Origin: Amphiscolops sp. MND2022
Lineage: Eukaryota
NCBI GenBank assembly: GCA_964187785.1
Contig: OZ076409.1
Coordinates: forward strand, 48,796,001-48,860,000
DNA length: 64,000 nt
Direction: 5' to 3'
The translations under genes and the position numbers were made by a program. The notes below the pieces were generated by a model. It searched no databases, had not been told where the DNA came from, and saw nothing but the letters and a program-made list of their open reading frames with translations. Shown in pieces: positions 21,901-36,900 of the stretch. Each line of letters opens with the position of its first letter. The stretch's first letter is position 1.

Positions 21901-24900
21901 TTTTCTATGAAAAAATCTCAAATTGACACCGAAAATCACAGAAACCCAACCATTTTCTAAATTTCCAAGCTTTTATGCATTTTTTTCCAAATTTTCGACA
22001 GACTTTATGGATTGGAACGTTGAATAGTGTCAACAAGGAGAGAATGTGTTGTCCAGTAGACTTTTTGGAAGAGTTTATTGCAGTTTCCGTTTTGAAAATG
22101 TCTTAAATTGTCAACGAAAATGACAAAAACCCCAAAATTTCCAGTTTTCAAAGTTTTCACGCATTTTTTATTGGAGTATCGACAATCTTCTTCGATTGAA
22201 ATGTTTTAAAGATTCAACAAAGAAACAATTCGTTGTCCAGTAGTCTTTAATGAAGAGATAGTTGCAATGTTCTGAATGAAAGTGTCTCAAATTGACACCG
22301 AAATGACAAAAATCTCGAAATTTTCGAATTTCCAGAGATTTCATGCAGTTTTTTTTCCAAAATTTCAATAGATTTTATAGATTGGAACGTTGAAAAGGCT
22401 CAACAATGAAAAAATGTGTTGTCCAGTAGACTTTTTAGAGGAGTTAATTACAGTTGTTCAAGTGACAACGTCTCAAATTGACACCGAAATTGACAAAAAC
22501 CCCAAAAGTCTTCAATTTTCAAAGTTTTTACCCATTTTTTGTTGAAGTTTCGACAATCTTCTTCGATTGAAATGTTTTAAAGGGTCAACAAAGAAACATT
22601 TCGTTGTCCAGTAGTCCTTAATGAAGAGATAGTTGCATTGTTCTGAAAGAAAATGTCTCAAATTGACACCAAAATTGACAAAAAACTCAAAAGTTTCGAA
22701 TTTCCAAGAATTTTTTGCAGTTTTTTTTCCAAAATTTTGATGGGTTTTATAGATCGGAACAATAAAAGGGTCAACAATGAACAAATGTGTTGTCCAGTAG
22801 GCTTTTTGGAGGAGTTAATTACAGTATTTTAAGTGACAATGTCTCAAATTGACACCGAAAATGACAAAAACCTCAAAATTTTTCAATTTTCAAAGTTTTT
22901 ACGCATTTTTGTTAAAATTTCGACAATCTTCTTGAATTGAAATGTTTTAAAGGGTCAGAAAGAAACATTTTATTGTCTAGTAGGCTTTTTTGAAGAGCTA
23001 ATTGCTGTTTTTCTATGAAAAAATCTCAAATTGACACCGAAAATCACAGAAACCCAACCATTTTCTAAATTTCCAAGATTTTATGCATTTTTTTCCAAAT
23101 TTTTGACAGACTTTATGGATTGGAACGTTGAATAGTGTCAACAAAGAAAGAATGTGTTGTCCAGTAGACTTTTTTGAAGAGTTTATTGCAGTTTCCGTTT
23201 TGAAAATGTCTTAAATTGTCAACGAAAATGACAAAAACCCCAAAATTTCCAGTTTTCAAAGTTTTCACGCATTTTTTATTGGAGTATCGACAATCTTCTT
23301 CGATTGAAATGTTTTAAAGGGTCAACAAAGAAACAATTCGTTGTCCAGTAGTCTTTAATGAAGAGATAGTTGCAATGTTTTGAATGAAAATGTCTCAATT
23401 TGACACCGAAATGACAAAAATCTCGAAATTTTCGAATTTCCAGAGATTTTATGCAATTTTTTTTCCAAAATTTCAATAGATGTTATAGATTGGAACGTTG
23501 AAAAGGCTCAACAATGAAAAAATGTGTTGTCCAGTAGACTTTTTAGAGAAGTTAATCACAGTTGTTCAAGTGACAACGTCTCAAATTGACACCGAAATTG
23601 ACAAAAACCCCAACATTTTTCAATTTTCAAAGATTTTACGCAATTTTTGTTAAAGTTTCGACAATCTTCTTGGATTGAAATGTTTTAAAGGTTCAACAAA
23701 GAAACAATTCGTTGTCCAGTAGTCTTTAATGAAGAGATAGTTGCAATGTTCTGAATGAAAGTGTCTCAAATTGACACCAAAAATGACAAAAATCTCAAAA
23801 TTTAAGAATTTCCAAACATTTTATGCAGTTTTTTTTTCCAAAATTTCGATAGATTTTATAGATCGGAACATTGAAAGGGTCAACAATGAACAAATGTGTT
23901 GTCCAGTAGGCTTTTTGGAGGAGTTAATTACAGTATTTTAAGTGACAATGTCTCAAATTGACACCGAAAATGACAAAAACCTCAAAATTTTTCAATTTTC
24001 AAAGTTTTTACGCATTTTTGTTAAAATTTCGACAACCTTCTTGAATTGAAATGTTTTAAAGGGTCAGAAAGAAACATTTTGTTGTCTAGTAGGCTTTTTT
24101 GAAGAGCTAATTGCTGTTTTTCGATGAAAAAATCTCAAATTGACACCGAAAATCACAGAAACCCAACCATTTTCTAAATTTCCAAGATTTTATGCATTTT
24201 TTTCCAAGTTTTCGACAGACTTTATGGATTGGAACGTTAAATAATGTCAACAAGGAAAGAATGTGTTGTCCAGTAGACTTTTTAGAAAAGTTTATTGCAG
24301 TTTCCGTTTTGAAAATGTCTTAAATTGTCAACGAAAATGACAAAAACCCCAAAATTTCCAGTTTTCAAAGTTTTCACGCATTTTTTATTAGAGTATCGAC
24401 AATCTTCTTCGATTGAAATGTTTTAAAGGGTCAACAAAGAAACAATTCGTTGTCCAGTAGTCTTTAATGAAGAGATAGTTGCAATGTTTTGAATGAAAAT
24501 GTCTCAAATTGACACCGAAATGACAAAAATCTCGAAATTTTCGAATTTCCAGAAATTTTATGCAGTTTTTTTTCCAAAATTTCAATAGAAGTTATAGATT
24601 GGAACGTTGAAAAGGCTCAACAATGAAAAAATGTGTTGTCCAGTAGACTTTTTAGAGGAGTTAATTACAGTTGTTCAAGTGACAACGTCTCCAATTGACA
24701 CCGAAATTGACAAAAACCCAAAAATTTTTCAATTTTCAAAGTTTTTACGCAATTTTTGTTAAAGTTTCGACAATCTTCTTGGATTGAAATGTTTTAAAGG
24801 GTCAACAAAGAAACAATTTGTCGTCCAGTAGTCTTTAATGAAGAGATAGTTGCAATGTTCTGAATGAAAGTGTCTCAAATTGACACCAAAAATGACAAAA

Positions 24901-27900
24901 ATCTCAAAATTTAAGAATTGCCAAATATTTTATGCAGTTTTTTCCAAAATTTCGATAGGTTTTATAGATCGGAACATTGAAAGGGTCAACAATGAACAAA
25001 TGTGTTGTCCAGTAGGCTTTTTGGAGGAGTTAATTACAGTATTTTAAGTGACAATGTCTCAAATTGACACCGAAAATGACAAAAACCTCAAAATTTTTCA
25101 ATTTTCAAAGTTTTTACGCATTTTTGTTAAAATTTCGACACTCTTCTTGAATCGAAATGTTTTAGAGGGTCAGAAAGAAACATTTTGTTGTCTAGTAGGC
25201 TTTTATGAAGAGCTAATTGCTGTTTTTTATGAAAAAATCTCAAATTGACACCGAAAATCACAGAAACCCAACCATTTTCTAAATTTCCAAGATTTTATGC
25301 ATTTTTATCCAAATTTTCGACAGACTTTATGGATTGGAACGTTGAATAGTGTCAACAAGGAAAGAATGTGTTGTCCAGTAGACTTTTTTGAAGAGTTTAT
25401 TGCAGTTTCCGTTTTGAAAATGTCTTAAATTGTCAACGAAAATGACAAAAACCCCAAAATTTCCAGTTTTCAAAGTTTTCACGCATTTTTTATTGGAGTA
25501 TCGACAATCTTCTTCAATTGAAATGTTTTAAAGGGTCAACAAAGAAACAATTCGTTGTCCAGTAGTCTTTAATAAAGAGATAGTTGCAATGTTCTGAATG
25601 AAAATGTCTCGAATTGACACCAAAAATGACAAAAATCTCGAAATTTTTGAATTTCCAGAGATTTTATGCAGTTTTTTTTCCAAAATTTCAATAGATTTTA
25701 TAGATTGGAACAATGAAAAGGCTCAACAATGAAAAAATGTGTTGTCCAGTAGACTTTTTAGAGGAGTTAATTACAGTTGTTCAAGTGACAACGTCTCAAA
25801 TTGACACCGAAATTGACAAAAACCCCAAAATTTTTCAATTTTCAAAGTTTTTACGCAATTTTTGTTAAAGTTTCGACAATCGCCTTGGATTGAAATGTTT
25901 TAAAGGGTCAACAAAGAAACAATTCGTTGTCCAGTAGTCTTTAATGAAGAGATAGTTGCAATGTTCTGAATGAAAGTGTCTCAAATTGACACCAAAAATG
26001 ACAAAAATCTCAAAATTTAAGAACTTCCAAATATTTTATGCAGTTTTTTCCAAAATTTCGATGGGTTTTATAGATCGGAACTTTGAAAGGGTCAACAATG
26101 AACAAATGTGTTGTCCAGTAGGCTTTTTGGAGGAAATAATTACAGTATTTTAAGTGACAATGTCTCAAATTGACACCGAAATTGACAAAAACCCCAAAAT
26201 TTTTCAATTTTCAAAGTTTTTACGCAATTTTTGTTAAAGTTTCGACAATCTTCTTGGATTGAAACGTTTTAAAGGGTCAACAAAGAAACAATTCGTTGTC
26301 CAGTAGTCTTTAATGAAGAGATAGTTGCAATGTTCTGAATGAAAGTGTCTCAAATTGACACCAAAAATGACAAAAATCTCAAAATTTAAGAATTTCCAAA
26401 TATTTTATGCAGTTTTTTCCAAAATTTCGATAGGTTTTATAGATCGGAACATTGAAAGTGTCAACAATGAACAAATGTGTTGTCCAGTAGGCTTTTTGGA
26501 GGAGTTAATTACAGTATTTTAAGTGACAATGTCTCAAATTGACACCGAAAATGACAAAAACCTCAAAATTTTTCAATTTTCAAAGTTTTTACGCATTTTT
26601 GTTAAAATTTCGACACCCTTCTTGAATCGAAATGTTTTAGAGGGTCAGAAAGAAACATTTTGTTGTCTAGTAGGCTTTTATGAAGAGCTAATTGCTGTTT
26701 TTTTATGAAAAAATCTCAAATTGACACCGAAAATCACAGAAACCCAACCATTTTCTAAATTTCCAAGATTTTATGCATTTTTTTCCAAATTTTCGACAGA
26801 CTTTATGGATTGGAACGTTGAATAGTGTCAACAAGGAAAGAATGTGTTGTCCAGTAGACTTTTTTGAAGAGTTTATTGCAGTTTCCGTTTTGAAAATGTC
26901 TTAAATTGTCAACGAAAATGACAAAAACCCCAAAATTTCCAGTTTTCAAAGTTTTCACGCATTTTTTATTGGAGTATCGACAATCTTCTTCAATTGAAAT
27001 GTTTTAAAGGGTCAACAAAGAAACAATTCGTTGTCCAGTAGTCTTTAATAAAGAGATAGTTGCAATGTTCTGAATGAAAATGTCTCGAATTGACACCAAA
27101 AATGACAAAAATCTCGAAATTTTTGAATTTCCAGAGATTTTATGCAGTTTTTTTTCCAAAATTTCAATAGATTTTATAGATTGGAACAATATGAAAAGGC
27201 TCAACAATGAAAAAATGTGTTGTCCAGTAGACTTTTTAGAGGAGTTAATTACAGTTGTTCAAGTGACAACGTCTCAAATTGACACCGAAATTGACAAAAA
27301 CCCCAAAATTTTTCAATTTTCAAAGTTTTTACGCAATTTTTGTTAAAGTTTCGACAATCGCCTTGGATTGAAATGTTTTAAAGGGTCAACAAAGAAACAA
27401 TTCGTTGTCCAGTAGTCTTTAATGAAGAGATAGTTGCAATGTTCTGAATGAAAGTGTCTCAAATTGACACCAAAAATGACAATAATCTCAAAATTTAAGA
27501 ACTTCCAAATTTTTTATGCAGTTTTTTCCAAAATTTCGATGGGTTTTATAGATCGGAACTTTGAAAGGGTCAACAATGAACAAATGTGTTGTCCAGTAGG
27601 CTTTTTGGAGGAAATAATTACAGTATTTTAAGTGACAATGTCTCAAATTGACACCGAAATTGACAAAAACCCCAAAATTTTTCAATTTTCAAAGTTTTTA
27701 CGCAATTTTTGATAAAGTTTCGACAATCTTCTTGGATTGAAACGTTTTAAAGGGTCAACAAAGAAACAATTCGTTGTCCAGTAGTCTTTAATGAAGAGAT
27801 AGTTGCAATGTTCTGAATGAAAGTGTCTCAAATTGACACCAAAAATGACAAAAATCTCAAAATTTAAGAATTTCCAAATATTTTATGCAGTTTTTTCCAA

Positions 27901-30900
27901 AATTTCGATAGGTTTTATAGATCGGAACATTGAAAGGGTCAACAATGAACAAATATGTTGTCCAGTAGGCTTTTTGGAGGAGTTAATTACAGTATTTTAA
28001 GTGACAATGTCTCAAATTGACACCGAAAATGACAAAAACCTCAAAATTTTTCAATTTTCAAAGTTTTTACGCATTTTTGTTAAAATTTCGACAATCTTCT
28101 TAAATTGAAATGTTTTAAAGGGTCAAAAAGAAACATTTTGTTGTCTAGTAGGCTTTTTTGAAGAGCTAATTGCTGTTTTTCTATGAAAAAATCTCAAATT
28201 GACACCGAAAATCACAGAAACCCAACCACTTTCTAAATTTCCAAGTTTTTATGCATTTTTTTCCAAATTTTCGACAGACTTTATGGATTGGAACGTTGAA
28301 TAGGGTCAACAAAGAAAGAATGTGTTGTCCAGTAGGCGTTTTTTGGAGAGTTTATTGCAGTTTCCGTTTTGAAAATGTCTTAAATTGTCAACGAAAATGA
28401 CAAAAACCCCAAAATTTCCAATTTTCAAAGTTTTCACGCATTTTTTGTTGAAGTTTCGACAATCTTCTTCAATTGAAATGTTTTAAAGGGTCTACAAAGA
28501 AACAATTCGTTGTCCAGTAGTCTTTAATGAAGAGATAGTTGCAATTTTCTGAATGAAAATGTCTCAAATTGACACCAAAAAAGACAAAAATCTCAAAATT
28601 TTAGAATTTCCAAAGGTTTTATGCAGATTTTTTTAAACGTTTCAGTAGATTTTATAGATTGCAACGTTGAAAGAGGTCAACAATGAAAAAAAATGTGTTG
28701 TCCAGTAGGCTTTTTGGAGGAGTTAATTACAGTTTTTCAAGTGACAATGTCTCAAATTGACACCGAAAATGACAAAAACCCCAAAATATTTCAAATTCCA
28801 AAGTTTTTACCCATTTTATGTTAAAGTTTCGACAGTCTTCTTGGTTTGAAATGTTTTAAAGGGTCAGAAAGGAACATTTCGCTGTCTAGTGGGCTTTTTT
28901 GAAGAGCTAATTGCTGTTTTTCTATGAATAAATCTCATAATGGCACCGAAAATTACAAAACCCAATCAATTTCTAAATTTTAAAGATTTTATGCATTTTT
29001 TCCGAATTTTCGACAGACTTTATGGATTAGAACGTTAAATAGGGTCAACAAGGAAAGAATGTGTTGTCCAGTAGTAGGTTTTTTTGAAGAGTTTATTGCA
29101 GTTTCCGTTTTGAAAATGTCTTAAATTGTCAACGAAAATGACGAAAACCCCAAAATTTCCAATTTTCAAAGTTTTCACGCATTTTTTGTTGAAGTTTCGA
29201 CAATCTTCTTGGAATGAAGTGTTTTAAAGGGTCAACAAAGAAACAATTCGTTGTCCAGTAGTCTTTAATGAAGAGATAGTTGCAATGTTCTGAATGAAAG
29301 TGTCTCAAATTGACACCAAAAATGACAAAAATCTAAAAATTGAAGAATTTCCAAAGGTTTTATGCAGATTTTTTTAAACGTTTCAGTGGATTTTATAGAT
29401 TGCAACGTTAAAAGAGGTCAACAATGAAAAAAATGTGTTGTCCAGTAGGCTTTTTGGAGGAGTTAATTACAGTTTTTCAAGTGACAATGTCTCAAATTGA
29501 CACCGAAAATGACAAAAACCCCAAAATTTTTCAATTTCCAAAGTTTTTACCCATTTTTTGTTAAAGTTTCGACAATCTTCTTGGTTTGAAAAGTTTTAAA
29601 GGGTCAGAAAGGAACAATTTGCTGTCTTGTAGGCTTTTTTGAAGAGCTAATTGCTGTTTTTCTATGAATAAATCTCATAATGACACCGAAAATTACAAAA
29701 TCCCAATCAATTTCTAAATTTTAAAGATTTTATGCATTTTTTTCCGAATTTTCGACAGACTTTATGGATTAGAACGTTAAATAGGGTCAACAAGGAAAGA
29801 ATGTGTTGTCCAGTAGTAGGTTTTTTTGAAGAGTTTATTGCAGTTTCCGTTTTGAAAATGTCTTAAATTGTCAACGAAAATGACGAAAACCCCAAAATTT
29901 CCAATTTTCAAAGTTTTCACGCATTTTTTGTTGAAGTTTCGACAATCTTCTTCAATTGAAATGTTTTAAAGGGTCAACAAAGAAACAATTCGTTGTCCAG
30001 TAGTCTTTAATGAAGAGATAGTTGCAATGTTCTGAATGAGAATGTCTCAAATTGACACCAAAAATGACAAAAATCTAAAAATTGAAAAATTTCCAAATAA
30101 TTTATGCAGTTTTTTCCAAAATTTCAATGAATTTTATAGATTGGAACGTTGAAAAGGGTCAACAATGAAAAAATTTGTTGTCCAATAGGCTTTTTGGAGG
30201 AGTTAATTACAGTATTTTAAGTGACAATGTCTCAAATTGACAACGAAAATGACAAAAACCCCAAAACCTTTCAATTTTCAAAGTTTTTACCCATTTTTTG
30301 TTAAAGTTTTGACAATCCTCTTGGTTTGAAATGTTTTAAAGGGTCAGAAAGAAACATTTCGCTGTCTAGTAGGATTTTTTGAAAAGCTAATTGCTGTTTT
30401 TCTATCAATAAATCTCATAATGACACCGAAAATTACAAAAACCCAATCATTTTCTAAATTTCAAAGATTTTATGCATTTTTTTCCAAATTTTCGACAGAC
30501 TTTATGGATTAGAACGTTAAATAGTTTTTAATTTTCAAAGTTTTTACGCAATTTTTGTTAAAGTTTCGACAATCTTCTTGGAATGAAATGTTTTAAAGGG
30601 TCAACAAAGAAACAATTCGTTGTCCAGTAGTCTTTAATGAAGAGATAGTTGCAATGTTCTGAATGAAAGTGTCTCAAATTGACACCAAAAATGACAAAAA
30701 TCTAAAAATTGAAAAATTTCCAAATAATTTATGCAGTTTTTTCCAAAATTTCAATGAATTTTATAGATTGGAACGTTGAAAAGGGTCAACAATGAAAAAA
30801 TTTGTTGTCCAATAGGCTTTTTGGAGGAGTTAATTACAGTATTTTAAGTGACAATGTCTCAAATTGACACCGAAAATGACAAAAACCCCAAAATTTTTCA

Positions 30901-33900
30901 ATTTTCAAAGTTTTTACCCATTTTTGGTTGAAGTTTCGACAATCTTCTTCGATTGAAATGTTTTAAAGGGTCAACAAAGAAACAATTCGTTGTCCAGTAG
31001 TCTTTAATGAAGAGATAGTTGCAATGATCTGAATGAAAGTGTCTCAAATTGACACCAAAAAAGACAAAAATCTCAAAATTGAAGAATTTCCAAATATTTT
31101 ATGCAGTTTTTTGTTGAAGTTTCGACAATCTTCTTCAATTGAAATGTTTTAAAGGGTCAACAAAGAAACAATTCGTTGTCCAGTAGTCTTTAATGAAGAG
31201 ATAGTTGCAATGTTCTGAATGAAAATGTCTCAAATTGACACCAAAAACGACAAAAATCTCAAAATTTTAGAATTTCCAAAGGTTTTATGCAGATTTTTTT
31301 AAACGTTTCAGTGGATTTTATAGATTGCAACGTTGAAAGATGTCAACAATGAAAAAAAATGTGTTGTCCAGTAGGCTTTTTGGAGGAGTTAATTACAGTT
31401 TTTCAAGTGACAATGTCTCAAATTGACACCGAAATTGACAAAAACCCCAAAATTTTTCAATTTCCAAAGTTTTTACCCATTTTTTGTTAAAGTTTCGACA
31501 ATCTTCTTGGTTTGAAAAGTTTTAAAGGGTCAGAAAGGAACATTTCGCTGTCTAGTAGGCTTTTTTGAAGAGCTAATTGCCGTTTTTCTATGAATAAATC
31601 TCATAAGGACACCGAAAATTACAAAATCCCAATCAATTTCTAAATTTTAAAGATTTTATGCATTTTTTTCCAAGTTTTCGACAGACTTTATGGATTAGAA
31701 CGTTAAATAGGGTCAACAAGGAAAGAATGTGTTGTCCAGTAGTAGGTTTTTTGAAGAGTTTATTGCAGTTTCCGTTTTGAAAATGTCTTAAATTGTCAAC
31801 GAAAATGACGAAAACCCCAAAATTTCCAATTTTCAAAGTTTTCACGCATTTTTTGTTGAAGTTTCGACAATCTTCTTCAATTGAAATGTTTTAAAGGGTC
31901 AACAAGGAAACAATTCGTTGTCCAGTAGTCTTTAATGAAGAGATAGTTGCAATTTTCTGAATGAAAATGTCTCAAATTGACACCAAAAAAGACAAAAATC
32001 TCAAAATTTTAGAATTTCCAAAGGTTTTATGCAGATTTTTTTAAACGTTTCAGTGGATTTTATAGATTGCAACGTTAAAAGAGGTCAACAATGAAAAAAA
32101 TGTGTTGTCCAGTAGGCTTTTTGGAGGAGTTAATTACAGTTTTTCAAGTGACAATGTCTCAAATTGACACCGAAAATGACAAAAACCCCAAAATTTTTCA
32201 ATTTCCAAAGTTTTTACCCATTTTTTGTTAAAGTTTCGACAATCTTCTTGGTTTGAAAAGTTTTAAAGGGTCAGAAAGGAACAATTCGCTGTCTAGTAGG
32301 CTTTTTTGAAGAGCTAATTGCTGTTTTTCTATGAATAAATCTCATAATGACACCGAAAATTACAAAAACCCAATCAATTTCTAAATTTTAAAGATTTTAT
32401 GCATTTTTTTCCAAGTTTTCGACAGACTTTATGGATTAGAACGTTAAATAGGGTCAACAAGGAAAGAATGTGTTGTCCAGTAGAAGGTTTTGTGAAGAGT
32501 TTATTGCAGTTTCCGTTTTGAAAATGTCTTAAATTGTCAACGAAAATGACGAAAACCCCAAAATTTCCAATTTTCAAAGTTTTCACGCATTTTTTGTTGA
32601 AGTTTTGACAATCCTCTTGGTTTGAAATGTTTTAAAGGGTCAGAAAGAAACATTTCGCTGTCTAGTAGGATTTTTTGAAAAGCTAATTGCTGTTTTTCTA
32701 TCAATAAATCTCATAATGACACCGAAAATTACAAAAACCCAATCATTTTCTAAATTTCAAAGATTTTATGCATTTTTTTCCAAATTTTCGACAGACTTTA
32801 TGGATTAGAACGTTAAATAGTTTTTAATTTTCAAAGTTTTTACGCAATTTTTGTTAAAGTTTCGACAATCTTCTTGGAATGAAATGTTTTAAAGGGTCAA
32901 CAAAGAAACAATTCGTTGTCCAGTAGTCTTTAATGAAGAGATAGTTGCAATGTTCTGAATGAGAATGTCTCAAATTGACACCAAAAATGACAAAAATCTA
33001 AAAATTGAAAAATTTCCAAATAATTTATGCAGTTTTTTCCAAAATTTCAATGAATTTTATAGATTGGAACGTTGAAAAGGGTCAACAATGAAAAAATTTG
33101 TTGTCCAATAGGCTTTTTGGAGGAGTTAATTACAGTATTTTAAGTGACAATGTCTCAAATTGACAACGAAAATGACAAAAACCCCAAAACCTTTCAATTT
33201 TCAAAGTTTTTACCCATTTTTTGTTAAAGTTTTGACAATCCTCTTGGTTTGAAATGTTTTAAAGGGTCAGAAAGAAACATTTCGCTGTCTAGTAGGATTT
33301 TTTGAAAAGCTAATTGCTGTTTTTCTATCAATAAATCTCATAATGACACCGAAAATTACAAAAACCCAATCATTTTCTAAATTTCAAAGATTTTATGCAT
33401 TTTTTTCCAAATTTTCGACAGACTTTATGGATTAGAACGTTAAATAGTTTTTAATTTTCAAAGTTTTTACGCAATTTTTGTTAAAGTTTCGACAATCTTC
33501 TTGGAATGAAATGTTTTAAAGGGTCAACAAAGAAACAATTCGTTGTCCAGTAGTCTTTAATGAAGAGATAGTTGCAATGTTCTGAATGAAAGTGTCTCAA
33601 ATTGACACCAAAAATGACAAAAATCTAAAAATTGAAAAATTTCCAAATAATTTATGCAGTTTTTTCCAAAATTTCAATGAATTTTATAGATTGGAACGTT
33701 GAAAAGGGTCAACAATGAAAAAATTTGTTGTCCAATAGGCTTTTTGGAGGAGTTAATTACAGTATTTTAAGTGACAATGTCTCAAATTGACACCGAAAAT
33801 GACAAAAACCCCAAAATTTTTCAATTTTCAAAGTTTTTACCCATTTTTGGTTGAAGTTTCGACAATCTTCTTCGATTGAAATGTTTTAAAGGGTCAACAA

Positions 33901-36900
33901 AGAAACAATTCGTTGTCCAGTAGTCTTTAATGAAGAGATAGTTGCAATGTTCTGAATGAAAGTGTCTCAAATTGACACCAAAAAAGACAAAAATCTCAAA
34001 ATTGAAGAATTTCCAAATATTTTATGCAGTTTTTTGTTGAAGTTTCGACAATCTTCTTCAATTGAAATGTTTTAAAGGGTCAACAAAGAAACAATTCGTT
34101 GTCCAGTAGTCTTTAATGAAGAGATAGTTGCAATGTTCTGAATGAAAATGTCTCAAATTGACACCAAAAACGACAAAAATCTCAAAATTTTAGAATTTCC
34201 AAAGGTTTTATGCAGATTTTTTTAAACGTTTCAGTGGATTTTATAGATTGCAACGTTGAAAGATGTCAACAATGAAAAAAAATGTGTTGTCCAGTAGGCT
34301 TTTTGGAGGAGTTAATTACAGTTTTTCAAGTGACAATGTCTCAAATTGACACCGAAATTGACAAAAACCCCAAAATTTTTCAATTTCCAAAGTTTTTACC
34401 CATTTTTTGTTAAAGTTTCGACAATCTTCTTGGTTTGAAAAGTTTTAAAGGGTCAGAAAGGAACATTTCGCTGTCTAGTAGGCTTTTTTGAAGAGCTAAT
34501 TGCCGTTTTTCTATGAATAAATCTCATAAGGACACCGAAAATTACAAAAACCCAATCAATTTCTAAATTTTAAAGATTTTATGCATTTTTTTCCAAGTTT
34601 TCGACAGACTTTATGGATTAGAACGTTAAATAGGGTCAACAAGGAAAGAATGTGTTGTCCAGTAGTAGGTTTTTTGAAGAGTTTATTGCAGTTTCCGTTT
34701 TGAAAATGTCTTAAATTGTCAACGAAAATGACGAAAACCCCAAAATTTCCAATTTTCAAAGTTTTCAGGCATTTTTTGTTGAAGTTTCGACAATCTTCTT
34801 CAATTGAAATGTTTTAAAGGGTCAACAAAGAAACAATTCGTTGTCCAGTAGTCTTTAATGAAGAGATAGTTGCAATGTTCTGAATGAGAATGTCTCAAAT
34901 TGACACCAAAAATGACAAAAATCTCAAAATTTTAGAATTTTCAAAAGTTTTATGCAGTTTTTTTCCAAAGTTTCATTGGATATTATAGATTGCAACGTTG
35001 AAAAAGGTCAACAAGAAAAAATGTGTTGTCCAGTAGGCTTTTTGGAGGAATTAATTACAGTTTTTCTAAGTGACAGTGTCTCAAATTGACACCGAAAATG
35101 ACAAAAACCCCAAAACTTTTCAATTTTCAAAGTTTTTACCCATTTTTTGTTAAAGTTTTGACAATCTTCTTGGTTTGAAATGTTTTAAAGGGTCAGAAAG
35201 AAACATTTCGCTGTCTAGTAGGCTTTTTTGAAAAGCTAATTGCTGTTTTTCTATGAATAAATCTCATAATGACACCGAAAATTACAAAAACCCAATCATT
35301 TTCTAAATTTCAAAGATTTTATGCATTTTTTTCCAAATTTTCGACAGACTTTATGGATTAGAACGTTAAATAGTTTTTAATTTTCAAAGTTTTTACGCAA
35401 TTTTTGTTAAAGTTTCGACAATCTTCTTGGAATGAAATGTTTTAAAGGGTCAACAAAGAAACAATTCGTTGTCCAGTAGTCTTTAATGAAGAGATAGTTG
35501 CAATGTTCTGAATGAAAGTGTCTCAAATTGACACCAAAAATGACAAAAATCTAAAAATTTAAAAATTTACAAATAATTTATGCAGTTTTTTCCAAAATTT
35601 CAATGAATTTTATAGATTGGAACGTTGAAAAGGGTCAACAATGAAAAAATTTGTTGTCCAATAGGCTTTTTGGAGGAGTTAATTACAGTATTTTAAGTGA
35701 CAATGTCTCAAATTGACACCGAAAATGACAAAAACCCCAAAATTTTTCAATTTTCAAAGTTTTTACCCATTTTTGGTTGAAGTTTCGACAATCTTCTTCG
35801 ATTGAAATGTTTTAAAGGGTGAACAAAGAAACAATTCGTTGTCCAGTAGTCTTTAATGAAGAGATAGTTGCAATGTTCTGAATGAAAGTGTCTCAAATTG
35901 ACACCAAAAAAGACAAAAATCTCAAAATTGAAGAATTTCCAAATATTTTATGCAGTTTTTTGTTGAAGTTTCGACAATCTTCTTCAATTGAAATGTTTTA
36001 AAGGGTCAACAAAGAAACAATTCGTTGTCCAGTAGTCTTTAATGAAGAGATAGTTGCAGTGTTCTGAATGAAAATGTCTCAAATTGACACCAAAAATGAC
36101 AAAAATCTCAAAATTTTAGAATTTCCAAAGGTTTTATGCAGTTTTTTTCCAAAGTTTCATTGGATATTATAGATTGTAACGTTGAAAAAGGTCAACAATG
36201 AAAAAAAATGTGTTGTCCAGTAGGCTTTTTGGAGGAGTTAATTACAGTTTTTCAAGTGACAATGTCTCAAATTGACACCGAAATTGACAAAAACCCCAAA
36301 ATTTTTCAATTTCCAAAGTTTTTAACCATTTTTTGTTAAAGTTTCGACAATCTTCTTGGTTTGAAATGTTTTAAAGGGTCAGAAAGAAACATTTCGCTGT
36401 CTAGTAGGCTTTTTTGAAGTGTTAATTGCTGTTTTTCTATGAATAAATCTCATAATGACACCGAAAATTACAAAAACCCAATCATTTTCTAAATTTCAAA
36501 GATTTTATGCATTTTTTTCCAAATTTTCGACAGACTTTATGGATTAGAACGTTAAATAGGGTCAACAAGGAAAGAATGTGTTGTCCAGTAGTAGGTTTTT
36601 TTGAAGAGTTTATTGCAGTTTCCGTTTTGAAAATGTCTTAAATTGTCAACGAAAATGACGAAAACCCCAAAATTTCCAATTTTCAAAGTTTTCACGCGTT
36701 TTTTGTCGAAGTTTCGACAATCTTCTCCAATTGAAATGTTTTAAAGGGTCAACAAAGAAACAATTCGTAGTCCAGTAGTCTTTAATGAAGAGATAGTTGC
36801 AGTGTTCTGAATGAAAATGTCTCAAATTGACACCAAAAATGACAAAAATCTCAAAATTTTAGAATTTCCAAAGGTTTTATGCAGTTTTTTTCCAAAGTTT

